64,000 bases of DNA from Octopus bimaculoides. Lineage: Eukaryota. The translations under genes and the position numbers were made by a program. Below are positions 1 through 13,200 of the stretch, piece by piece (the first letter of the stretch is position 1; every line of letters begins with the position of its first letter). The notes beneath the pieces are model-generated. The model worked only from the letters and a program-made list of their open reading frames with translations, searched no databases and was not told the DNA's origin. The DNA lies in contig NC_068984.1 of assembly GCF_001194135.2 (NCBI RefSeq), positions 121,741,244 through 121,805,243 of the forward strand, in the 5' to 3' direction.

Positions 1-394
1 CTATTTGAACTTAAATAAAACGAAAAACAGAAACAAACAAAAATTATTTATCAATGCAATTTCTATTTTTCTCTTTTGTCTTCTCTTAGTTTCTATAATA
101 TTCTGCCACTATTTTATGTGTATTGCACTTCAGCATTCTCCATCTGCTGCTCTGAAGGTGACAGAATCATTAGAACCATTAGAAAAATTGCCTTGCAATA
201 TTCCTTCATTCCTTCCACTTCTTTATACTCTGAGTTCAAATCTTATTGGAATTAATTTTGACCTTCATCCCAAGTCAATAGAATAAAATACAAAGCAAGT
301 ACTGGTTTTGATGCTGTTGACTAACCCCTTCCTCCAAATTGCTAGTCTTGAGCCTAAATTACAAACTTTATTGGCCAAATTGGCAAAACATTAA

Positions 395-1011
395 CCCATT
401 ACCTCCCATAATTCTATTAACTGGAATTTTTTTTATGAAACTTTGATTTCTAGCATAAAACAGCCTTAGAAACATGCTGGAATGATCAAAATAACATTTC
501 AAAATAACATTTTAAATAGAAATCTCAGCTTGCGAAGACCTGTTGGGACAAGCGAAATTGTAATAGCACTTGTGCCCAGCGTCGCCTTCCTGGCACTTGT
601 GCCGGTGGCATGTATAAAGACATTTGAGTGAGATCGTTGCCAGTGCCGCTGGACTGGCTCCTGTGCAGGTGGCACGTAAAAGCACCCACTACACTCTCGG
701 AGTGGTTGGCGTTAAGAAGGGCATCCAGCTGTAGAAACTCTGCCAAATCAGATTGAAGCCTGGTGTAGCTATCTGGTTTCACCAGTCCTCAGTCAAATCG
801 TCCAACCCATGCTAGCATGGAAAGCGGACATTAAACGATGATGATGATGAAGCGAGATATTGGGTGAAAAATTAGCAAACCTCATTTGAATATCAGAGAA
901 ATATACCTAGTAGATATAGCAAAAAGCTTAGATATGTGTAAATATTGACAGATAATTACGAAATTTGTAATTTTTAAGTGATCTCATATGAGATCACTGG
1001 TAGGTAATGGG
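395..1011. mobile_element. piggyBac-type non-autonomous element (MITE), interrupted by a SINE
   Basis: TTAA at 391-394 and 1012-1015; TIRs CCCATTACCT / AGGTAATGGG; subterminal 20-bp palindrome gtgatctcatatgagatcac near 979-998. Confidence 0.8.
556..849 (+). mobile_element. Young SINE-like retroposon (called family F here) with (GAT)n tail and internal ~65-bp units
   Basis: AAGCGA TSD at 550-555 and 850-855; CpGs intact; near-identical to the copy at 56369-56835. Confidence 0.85.
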
Positions 1012-1419
1012 TTAAGTATTTACCTCAATAATTCTGAGTTTAAATCCTACCAGGCTAAAATGTTCTTTTGTCCTTGTAAGACTAACAATATAAAATTTCA
1101 AAAAAACTATCTAGTACTGATGTTGATCTAATCAATGACACTCTCCCACAAAATGTGAGGTTTTCTTGAGACTGTATTAAAAATTGTTATTATTTCATAT
1201 ACGCACAACAAGTTGAACTGTTGGAAAAGTAAAATTCCTAACATCAGACTACAACAAGTAATTTTAGATACCAAGAATGCTCCTAAGTATTCTAGCTGTC
1301 CCTGATAATACTGTTTTATTATTATTTATTTGTTCTGTACTGTCCACAATGTTTTCCTTAATGGTTAATAAAGGAATAATAATAATAATTATTATTATTA
1401 TTATTATTATGTTGTTTTT

Positions 1420-1527
1420 TTTCTTCTTTCTTCAAATTTTCTTCCATTTCTCGCCGAGTGTTTTCCATACACCTAGGGCAGAGAAGCTCATTGTATGCAT
1501 TCCCAGTTTACACACGCAAATTCACAG
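1420..1527 (+). promoter_or_regulatory. Candidate non-coding first exon / start region of GK5
   Basis: The ATG exon begins at an acceptor. This segment is pyrimidine-rich, has several CpGs and ends at CACAG|GTAAAA (1528), which would give a 182-nt intron. The true first exon could instead lie upstream of the window. Confidence 0.25.
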
Positions 1528-1633
1528 GTAAAACATGTATTTAAGAAGAAAAAAAAATTCATGAATGGATGTTTTCACAGCGATAATGCTCTTCTCAGTA
1601 CATGAGTCGTTCTAATTAGCACGTTTTTTTTTT

Positions 1634-1634
1634 T

Positions 1635-1690
<56 letters not shown>
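1634..1690 (+). repeat. (TTA)n microsatellite just upstream of the GK5 first-coding-exon acceptor
   Basis: Directly visible. Confidence 0.95.
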
Positions 1691-1711
1691 TGTGTATTTA
1701 TACTTTTAGAG

Positions 1712-1870
1712 ATGGAGGACACGAAGAAAGAGAATATCGCAAATTTGTTTGAGAAGCTGGATGTGTCTGAAGAAGAAGTCTACGTCCTGGCTTTGGATAT
1801 CGGCACCACAATGATACGGGCTTACGTATATGATAGGAATATTAACATTGTAGGTTCATTTCACACGAAG
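1712..1870 (+). CDS. GK5: GK5 coding exon 1 (MEDTK...SFHTK)
   Basis: ATG at 1712, DIGTT motif, donor AG|GTTAGT at 1871; an acceptor-like ttttAG at 1708-1709 lies just upstream of the ATG. Confidence 0.92.
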
Positions 1871-2330
1871 GTTAGTTATCGATATCAAGTTTCTTAACTC
1901 TGTATGATCTTGTGACTACCATTTAATTTGTTTACGGCACCAATATAATTAATAAGTAACTTCCTCTATGTGATATGGTACCAATATTAATAACTCACTT
2001 CCTACTTCCGTTCTCTTTCTCTCTCTCTCTCTCTCTTTCTTTCTTTCCCACTCTCTTTTTCTCTCTCCCTTTCTCCCCCTCCCACTCTCTTTTTCTCTCT
2101 CCCTCTCTCCCCCTCCCACTCTCTTTCTCTCTCCCCTCTCTCCCCCTCTCTGGTTCATCTTCTCTCTATCACTGTTTTCATGCACTGAGCTGGGTGAGGC
2201 TTCTTCTCAGTCCATTCTTCTACCTCCTCCTCCAGAATCAGTGCAGCATATGTTGTGTTTATGTGTATATATACATGAATGTATGTAACATACATATGTT
2301 TGCATACATGATGCAAGCATATATACATAC

Positions 2331-2375
<45 letters not shown>

Positions 2376-4171
2376 CACACACATACATACTACACACACA
2401 CACACATACTTTGGGTTAAGCAAAAACATGTATGTCTACATATTTAACATATTTACATGCATCATCATCATCATTTATCTTTATCCCTATCTCATTTCAT
2501 AATCTCTGCTAACTATTCAACATCTGCAGGATGTTCCCACTTCCCCATGGAGAAATGCCCCACTTAGCAAGCATCTCCTTACCCCTTTCCCAAACCACCT
2601 TTTACCCAGAACCACTCCCTGCATTTTTCTTCCTGTCTAGAGTCCCCACCTCACACGTCTAGAACCTCCCCACTTCATACAAAACAAACACTCACCCACC
2701 CAGAACTATACTTCTACTCAAACCTAACCCTTATCTTTGTTGCTTTGGGCCATTTTTCTCTGTCTTTTCTCCATTCTAACTCACTCACTCTCTCCCCTCT
2801 CCTCATCTCTTTCATTTCTCTGTAACTTAAGAGCATCTGAATAACTCATTCATCAAATGATGAGTTGACTCTGCTACCAGGTGCTGAGCCCTTAGACAAG
2901 ACACACTACGCTTAGCTTTTATTATAGCTGTGTAATGGTTTTCAAATACTCTTTCACCGTTCAGTTTTTCTTAATTAGCTGAAGGATGTGTAGACATTCA
3001 TTTATTCGGCTTTTGTTGTTAAGTCACAGGTCAGCTCTGATTGAACAGACTAAAAGTCATTTCAGGCATGACCATCCTAACTGTTTTCTTTATATCAGGG
3101 ATTACATTATCCAATGTATCCTTCCCTTTTTTTAAGCCTAGATGAGAGAAAGATTTGTCTGCTATTTTAGCAAGTTGACCAGAGCAAGCATGTAGAGAAG
3201 CCCTCATTTGCTCATCATCTATCAGACTGTAATACCCATTGGTTCAATCTTGCTTGCTTCATGCTCTTGCTTGATGGGGCTGGGGTTATCCTTGGTTGAT
3301 GGTCCCAGAGGCATCATTGTGTGTGGGGCCAACCAGGTCCACCAGTGCTCCCCATCGCTGGTGGTCCCATACCAGCCTCTCTACATCCTCTAAGATGATG
3401 TCAAGCCTTTGGAGATTTTGCTTAATCACATCCAGCTATCTGGTATGGAGCCTACCACGGGGCCTCTTCCAGCCTGCAGTTGCTGTGTTGAATGAGAGTA
3501 AAGCTCTTGTAGGATGATCTGGTGGGAGGCAGAAGACATGTCCATACCAGTGCATGCAGCAGATAGGTATGAGGTGAGAAGGCTGCAGGCTGATGCATGT
3601 GCACATGCAATTCTTTATTGGAAATGTGATGGTACCATTTGATGTTTTTGAGAGTTCTCAGGGCTTTGCTATCACGTGATTAGTTAGATCATTGATTGAA
3701 AAGCAATCATCAGCACATTCAGCCACTGAATGTGCTGGTTATTGCTGTTTCTTTTCATTTCTTTTATCACTTCTTCAGTGACTTGCACACCCTCTCCATC
3801 GAGGGCCACCTAGCCTACTTAGCTTTCCTTCTCCCATTGTGCTCTCTCACTGAGTCACTGTTCCAAGATTTGTACCAAACACTTCCCCCTCTCCTTTTTA
3901 CCCTGGAGTGCAACCATCTGGAATCCTCTCTTTCTTTGCCCATGTTTTTCCTGAAATCATTGATCCACAAATTAGAAATGTTAAAACTGAACTTCAATTT
4001 CCGCAACCTGAAATGTCATGGCCACTGGCCCTCTTAGTAACTTTAAAAGAAAAACAGAACAGAAGAAAAAAAAAAAAAANNNNNNNNNNNNNNNNNNNNN
4101 NNNNNNNNNNNNNNNNNNNNNNNNNNNNNNNNNNNNNNNNNNNNNNNNNNNNNNNNNNNNNNNNNNNNNNN

Positions 4172-4214
<43 letters not shown>

Positions 4215-7200
4215 AGCAAGAATATATAATTGGCAATTAATACTAAGTAATTATTTATCAAAGACGAATTAAAAGTATATTATTACAGAAAAAATTAAAA
4301 TTATGTTTGGATACTAAACTGACTCTCACACCCACACCCTCAACATATCCTGCCTCTCATTTTTATTCTTACTTCTTGCTAAGTTTTCTCTACCCTTTCC
4401 TAAAACTATATACTTGACACTTTTTTTTTTTTTTCAAACTTTCATCTCCCTGAACTTGCAGCGCTTTGGAAGCTACACTTTGAGCAAAGAAAACCTTTCA
4501 AAAGTTCAAATTAAACATCTGCCATGTCTCTTTACCCAAATTTTTTCTGATTTATCATACAGAAAAGTCTACATGATCTATGGACATTCACCTTCTTCAT
4601 TGGATTACCTAGCAAAATACATATGTGTATGTGTGTGTGTGTCTGTGCGTGCATGCACACACACACACACACACACACACATGCTCTTACATACAAGCAT
4701 ATGCATACTGAGTTCATATGCAACTTTCTGAATTTCTGAACAGCTGTATATTGTCAATGGAAGATTGCACTGACAATAAGAAAATATTGTGAGATGATTG
4801 AGGTAGGTTACATTAATTTAGGATACAAATTGAATGAAGACTACTTAGTGTAAGCTTGAAAAGATTTGGTTTTCTAGATGAGATGCAGCTGGACCGAGAT
4901 GAACAGAGACATACCAAACATACTGTGCTGTAGATCTGTTCAACTCTATGCCAGCATGGATACTTGAATTATTTGACTGGAGGAAGTGTAATGGCTGTAA
5001 GATTAAATTCTATTATCATAGTTTGAACCACTTATCTTTTTAGTAGCACTATGGCAATTAATGGACAATCAGGACTGACATGAAGCTGCACAACAAACAG
5101 TCATGTGTCAACCATTCGATCTTTTGATGGGCCTGCAAATTTATATTGGGTCGTCCCATAAATAATGCGTTTTTTCAAATTATGTAAACTAGAAGTTGGA
5201 GGTGGATGGGATAAACTACCTGCATCAATTTGCTATAAAAGCAGGTTATAATTTTACCTTGTGCTTATTTTTACTGCAAGTTTTGAAGAGTGCAGTTTGA
5301 TTTTAAGTTTATTTTGTCAAAGCTATAATTGAAGTGAGCATATTTGGCATATTTTGCTTTATGAGTTCAAAAAAGGCAACAATGCATCAGAAAGTGTAAA
5401 GAATATTAATGCAGCATACAGGGATTGGACAATAAGTGTAAGCCAGTGTCAACGGTGGTTCCAGAAATTCTGAGCTGGAAACTACAGCCTAGAAGATGAG
5501 CTTTGTCTTGGAAGATCTGTTATAGCTCGATGAAGATGTCCTGCAATCCCTGGTGGAACAAAATCCCATCGTAACTGTTGAGGAACTAACAGAGAAGCTT
5601 GAATTTGGTCATTCAACCATACATTGGTACCTGCGTGCCATTAGAAAAGTCAGCAAATTGGATCAATGGGTTCCTCACAAACATTCTGAGTCTAATCGCG
5701 TTCAGAGAGTGAATGTGTGCTCTTCTTTGCTGTCATGTCTCATGAAAGAACCTTTTTTTGGACTGAATAGAGAATGGTGACAAGAAATGGGTTCTCTTAG
5801 GAATGAGAAATTTCCCCAAGACACCTGATGAGGGCTGGAGAGTATATCATCCAAAACATGTTAACAACAAACAAGATGAGGACAAATACCTATCTAATGT
5901 AAATAATGAAAATCAGTGTATTTTAACAGAAATAAGGTAATAAAAGGATTACATAAAACAAAATATAAAAAGCTACAACAAAATTGAGTTGTGGCTGCTT
6001 TACATCTAATAGATTGGAATAAGCAAAGTCAGTTGTATCTGCTTTTATCTAGATAGACAGGGGTAAATACTGTAGTTTGTCTTGCCTATGGTCACTTTGT
6101 AAATATATAAAGTCAGAGTTGTACTTACTTATCATCTAAAGAGATCAAATTAGCTAGAGCTATGTAGCCCAAGTTGTAACCCAAGGCCTCGTTGTAGTTC
6201 AGTATAACACCTGTTCTAATCTATCGACTTCAACAAACATACAAATGGCAAAAGCTTTCACTTCTTAATAGACTCAGTGGTTTATAAGTGATTAATGGGT
6301 TCTTAAGATGTCAAGTGATTAGCAGACTTTTAACAAAACAAATAGTTAACAAGCTGTTTTAATAAACCTGAGGTATGTAAGTTCAAACTGTGTTCAAATT
6401 ACGTCCCCTGGTGTTTCAGACAATACAAATTTACTTGTATATACCAACACAGAAATATCTCTTCCACTTCTCAGTTGTGTGTTTAGTTGTATGAAGGATG
6501 CTCAATGATTTAAAGAAACACTTACTCAGTCAATTCAAATGTAAATGTAAAAATTTGCTGACCCAACCAACCCATGTTAGTGTGGATAAGTGGATGTTAA
6601 AATCATTAGCAAGAAAAACAGTTTCCACTATTTAACAGTGATTTTTCTAAGATAGTTTTTGTTTTGTTTTCTTTTTATACATTTTACCAAATTTTAATCC
6701 CTAAAGATTGCTGAACTTTCCTTTGACCCCCACTTCAGGCAAAAGTACTTCATCCTCAGCCGACGTTCTGTGAGATTGAACCAGACACATTGTACAATCA
6801 AGTTCTATATTGTCTAGATGGCTGTATAAAAAGTAAGTTTTATTTTATTTGTCTAACTATCAAGATTTATCTCTATTACAGAAGGCCTTCTCAACATGTT
6901 GTATGGCATTGCCATGTCCACCTTGGACTGCGCATCATTTTGATTTTGTTATCTGTCCACAATATCACCTTCTTAAACAGTACCCAGCAGCATAGAGCTA
7001 TTTGAGAACATATAAGTAGAATGCTTGGCTGTTGGTTTGTTAACTCTGTATCTCACCATCCATAAAAACACAGGGAATGATGAACCAAAGAGGAAGACTC
7101 TACATGGTCACTATGAACATGCCAGAAATAGCTACCAAATCTCTCTCACATCACATTTACCATCTATATGAAGAAAAGGACATATTGGATAAAATAGTCC

Positions 7201-10200
7201 TAGACACACTAAATGAAAATAAACAGGATGATCAGTGCTGTAGCATCTTTGGTTATCTGGATAAAAAATAATTGGATTAAACAACAACAAAGGATAGCAG
7301 CAACTGTTGATAAAATAAAGCTAATTCAGAGCCATAACCTCTTTAGTTCCCTATGTGGAAAGGACTATGTTTATATGAGCCCAAAAGTAACCTGTATGTA
7401 AGTGGTTGACCTACTAGAATTAGCACCTAATCTCCCTCAAATCAAACTGTACCATCTTGAATAAGTAAAGAACATATTGGATTATGTAGTCCTATATATA
7501 TATATATATATATACACACTCTTGAAAAGATGGAGTGGTGACAGTTGGAATGCCTTTGATAATAGATCTGTTTTGTTTGGATTGATCTGGATATAAGCAA
7601 CAACATTGCCTATGTACATAATAATGTTTATATTCTCCTGTGTAGAGGAAGACTGTAGCAACATGCTGTTACTATGAAGCTTATCCTCTTTTTAAATGTT
7701 GTGATTTATTTCCTTTATAGATTCTGGATTGACTTATAGCCAGATAACCTGCATGGGTATGGCAACACAGAGGAACACTTTTATTACTTGGGACAGGTAA
7801 GTCTGACTGTATTTAAGACAGGTGAGTAGTTTGGATAGACCAATAGTCATTGGAAATGGCAAATAGGTTTGATTGGGAATTGGTTACAGGGACTGGTATG
7901 TTATGCAGGGCATTACTCAGCAATGATATTTTCCAGTGAATCCATTGAATCCATCACTATTATATAAGAAACAATAATACTAATTAAAGAAAATACACTT
8001 CTGTGCTAGCAGTGGCTGGTATAATTTAGTATGTTTGTGTTTAACTGAGTTTTCTAATATAGACATATATCAGTGAAAATAGAATTCAGTGAGTTTGTAA
8101 TACCTGGTGATACTGCTATATTTTTCTCATATATTAACCACGGGACTCAACGTACCTACCAATACTAATGATCATTTGGACAAAAGAGTAGATTTGAATG
8201 AAATCAGTTGTGTAGTTCTTGTGTTTTAGGGATTCACACACACAAACACATTCTCATCTTTATATATAGAGAGATAAATAAATGTCAGCTTACTTTAGGA
8301 CCTGAATCTGGAAATAGGACTAACAATGAGGTTTATTTATTAACAAATGGAAAGTCATAAATCAAAAATAGCTTTTTTTTTTTTTTGTAGAAAAACTGTG
8401 GTTTTAACTTTAGAAATTCTGCTAGACCAGTGTTCTGCAACTAGTATACCATGGCATACTGGTGAGCCACAGTATAACCTGAATATTTTTTTCTCTATAG
8501 TTTTAGTTATATTTTTAGTTCAGGTGTGCTGCTGAATTTTGAAAGGAATATAAGTGTACCACAAATGAAAAAAGGTTGTGAAGCATTGTGCTAGACTGTA
8601 GTTGTTAGAGGTTAGAGGTTAGCCCTGAATGAACAGATGTATGATCAAGGGTGTATCACCTATAATTATCCCATCCTTTTTTTGTTTTTTTTTTAATAGT
8701 ATATCTAGAATCACATAATCCATGTATGTCTCTCTCTTTTAAAGGGATGGGTTGTGATTTGAGAGAGATTAGCTGTTTAAGACAGCTCTTTGTCATGAGA
8801 GGTTCTCTTGTTAATCTATATCCTTGTTATTTCAAGGAGAGTTTGATGGTTAAACAAGTTATAATTATTCTATTGTTATACTGTGCAGTGAGTTATTTTG
8901 AATCACTGACTTATAATTACTGTAAAATATGAAACTGCATAACAATGTATGATTAATTACTATTATGTATAGAGTTTCACGCTATTTACTTTAATCAACT
9001 TATGTCAATGAAATTTTTCTTCCATTCCACCAGAGATTTTCTTGTAATTATTAAGTTGGTAAAAGTGGAAGAGTACCTATTACCTTCTCAGCCCCACCCC
9101 TATACCAGTACGATCAACAGGGTTTGTGATGTATGTGACAGAAAGGGGAAAAAATGGGCAGAGTGAGAATTCTTAGGAATATTGGGCAAAACATTGAATA
9201 TGAGATCTAGGAGATGTCACTCAGTATGAAAGATAGCAGTGAGGACATAGATTTTATACAGATTGCAAGGGCGATCCTTTGTTTTGACTCGGTCAGTTGA
9301 CCTCTGTCTTTTGTTCCACTATCTGTGTGTATGTGCTTGTTCTTGTTTGTGTGGTGTGTGTACATGCTTGTTCCTCTGTGTGTGTACGTGCTTGTTCTTG
9401 TGTGTGTGTGTGTGCAACACATAAATACATAAAAAAAAACAAGCATACAAACACATACACATAAAAACAAGCATGCTCATATACATACACACAAAGAGGA
9501 ACAAGCATGCACACACAACCAATTAGCTTTCTCTTCCCAATTTTACAGAGGTCAACTGACAGTTGACAAGACAACATGTGGTCACGGAAACTACCGAATT
9601 CATTGTTTACATTTTTAGAGCCAAAGCGAAGGATTGCAATTGCAAGATCAGAGGAGTAAAGTAATAGAAAAGACAAGAAGAAACAATATATCTTTGAGCA
9701 AGTTTGGATTAAGGCTGACTGATGTTCTAAGCACAGCCTAACAATGATTCCCACTCAGTCTTTCCACTGTATAACAAACCATGAAATGTAACATTGAAAC
9801 ATTTAAATATAATAAATGCTGAATGTGAATTAATAGATTAAAAATGCAGTTTTCTTCTAAGCCATCTCTCAGGCTTAAAGTATCATCTCAGATTATACTT
9901 TATAAAGTAGCTGAATATTCTATGCTATTGATTGTGGAAAGCAACTGAGTACATCTTCTCTGAGGAGCAGTAAAAAGAAACTGGAACATTCCATCAAGAG
10001 ACTCTCTGCTTCTTTTTTCCACATATCAAAAGCATAGGAGGAATGCATTACATGCTTGTATTTTTCTCACAGCTGGGCTCTCTGGTTTTTACATTTAAGT
10101 CCTTCTGTTTCATTCTGTGTTGAGAAATAAAACATTTTCTACAAAAACAAAAATTCATTGCAAATAATTTTTCTAAAGAAATCAGTGTTGGTTGTGAGTT

Positions 10201-13200
10201 GTATTTTAAAGAAAAACCTAATGAAGAAATATTTCTATGAAACAAAATATCTTTTATTCCATTTGTTTTTCCCCTTAAAGTCACCTAGCATTTCAGCATA
10301 TTATGTATCAAAAGATGCAAATTGTTGTTTACTTATAACTTTATTTATACTTTTAGAAGTTTTCTAATTTTTTTTAAATTATATGGTCTTTGATTGAGTT
10401 CTTAAAATTAATCCAGCGTAACAAATCTGTTTCTGTACTCAGCAGAGACAGGGTATCCAGCTTGTCTTGTCACATAGTTGTTTAATATGCTTCAACTGAA
10501 AGACCTAGACTAACTCACATTTGTAATCATGTTCTATTTAACTCTGGGTGTGTGTGTGTGTGTCTATGTGTGTTCTTTTCTCATTTATTGTGTGTGTAAG
10601 AGGTTTCTTTTTGTGGAGTCCCTGTTCAATTGTACCATTTGCCCCAAAATTAACCCAGCACTAAAAAATGCTCCCTGGTGCTCCCTTCCTTTGGTGTCCT
10701 AAACATGGGCTTATTTTACTGAATATTTAAGCCAGTACTGCCTAAGAGAGAGCGACTGTAATATGTTAGTGAGTTCTTTGTTAGCTAGTCAGATTGTTTG
10801 TCTATGATGTTTGTGAGACAGTTGAGCCTTATCATCATCTCCAATATGTAAAGACAAAATAAACACCAATAATTTAGTAAAGTTGACCCAGTTAATTATT
10901 ATTTTCATATTTATAAAATCATCTTTGATCATAGTTACTAAAAATGATATATTAAACCTGTGGTTTTTGTTTTTAGAAATCTTTTGTGAAATTTGTATTA
11001 TCCTAACTATTTGCCCTGACTGTCTGTCTTGTTCCTTCTTCATGTTTAAATTTGGACATACTAAATTTTAGAGAGACTGGTAAACCCTTCCATAACTTCA
11101 TCACCTGGCAAGACTTAAGAGGAAAAGAATATGTCAAAGACTGGAATCATTCATACACAATGAAGGTAATTTTTTTACATGGCCATTCTTTTCTTTTTGT
11201 AAAGTACTGTATAGTAGCTTACATTCTTTAACATTTTCATATTAGTTTGTTTTAGACTCTCATTACATAACCATAATGGTTATATTCTGTATGTACACTG
11301 CAATTCTTCCTTTAAGTTGTCATTTTCCCTGTCAACAAATCATCCACTAGCACAGTGCTTTCAAAGACATGGAATAAGAGATCTCTTACATAAAAAATGT
11401 GTAAGAATTAGTGATAGGAAGAGCATCTGGCATTAAATGCCTCAATAATATATTCATCCATCCCATATTAGAATGGGAAAATGGACATTAGAAAATGAAA
11501 TGAAATAAGTCTTTAACTTATAATATATCTCTTTTCTTTCTGATGGTATTAACATTTATATATCTTTCTTTCTTCATATTTATAAAGGCCTTAAACACAG
11601 GAGCAAAGCTATTACATACATTCACCAGAAGTCCGCGACACTTAGCTGCCAGTGTTCTTAGATTCCTATCACCTCAAGTAAGAATGAACATTTCCTAATG
11701 ATAATTTTTTTTTCTTATCAATAACTAAGATGGTAAAAACACTAGAGCACCAAACTAAATAGCTTACTGTATTTTAATTTTATTCCTCTGTATTCTTGAT
11801 GGAAATTAGACTAATTCTGGTTTTGAGTTCCATCTCATCTGGGTTCATTTAAGTGACTATCTCCCTATTTGTTTTTTTGTATTATATACATCCATAAACA
11901 ATAAACCTCTTTGAATGTATATCTTAAAGTAGTAGGTGTCAACAACCCAGTCAGTCATTCTCTACGCTGTCAAAACTGAGACTGACAAGAGGATACTTCT
12001 GATCAGTTGTGAGGTGACACCTCTCACTTGCAATTTCTTCACCATATTGTGATGCAATGGAAAAATAAATTCTGGTCAGGTCTAACTTACAATCACAGAA
12101 AAGCTCTGGAGATGAAATAAACACGTGTTATAAGTGAATCTGAAGTCTCTACCTTTTGTAAGGCTGCAACATTAATAATGCTGATAATAAAGAGCTATAA
12201 TGTTAGATCTTACAGCTTGGAAATTATTACCAGAAACATGGCACAAAAGAAATAAAAAGCAAAACTAGATCTTTGGTGATATGGCATTGCAATAATAATA
12301 ATGATTTCAAATTTTGGCACAAGGCCAGCAATTTTAGTAGAGGGGTAAGTCAATTACATTGACCACAGTGTTCATATTGTACTTATTTTATTGACCCCCG
12401 AAAGGATGCAAGGTAAAGCCAACTTCAACAAAATTTGAACTCAGAGTATAAAGAGTCAGAAGAAATGCCTGTTTGTCACCTTAGTGATTATAATAGCAAT
12501 AATGGTTTTTATTATTGCCACATGGTTATGAAATAGTGACATTAAAAGCACAAAATGGTGAGATTTTTTCAAACAATATATTATAGTGTTTTAGAATATT
12601 TTGAGACCCATAAATGGATCTTCGTAAATATTGTTGTAATGTGTGATATTTAAATTAGATTTTACACACACATATACATTCACATACCTACATACATTTT
12701 CTCTGCTATTAATGCCATCTCTCTCTTTTCATTTCTTTCTTGAAACCTGCTTTTAGGTGACAATGCGTCTAAAATGGCTCTTGAACCATAATGAACTGGT
12801 ACGTAATGAAACCTAATGTCTTTAATGAAGTATGGACATCATGTAATCCCATTCCCCTCTCTCTTACAAATCATATATTACCCAGGGTGGTATATAACTG
12901 GAAGCACTTCAAGGAGATACGGTTCACCCTGTCCTTAGTAAATATCACAAGGTGATACAGTCCACCTCACTCTGCTGCTAGGGATACATAACTCCTTTAT
13001 TGTTAGCATTCACTATTGAATGATATCATTCATCAACCTGTGGGTTACTGCTGTGTAGTGAAGTTCACTTAGTTGTATATTCATACCACATGTTGATCTC
13101 TTTCTTGGCTGTAAATAACACAAGTATTTTGAAATTGACAAATTATTTGTTTTCTTGTATTACTGAATTTAGTTCTTTGTGCAGGGGAAGCTACTTACAA

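Noticed and set aside
1975-2502. 175-aa ORF and similar low-complexity ORFs (poly-I, poly-L, poly-N, YI/HT repeats)
   Set aside because: Translations of microsatellites with no splice-compatible context.
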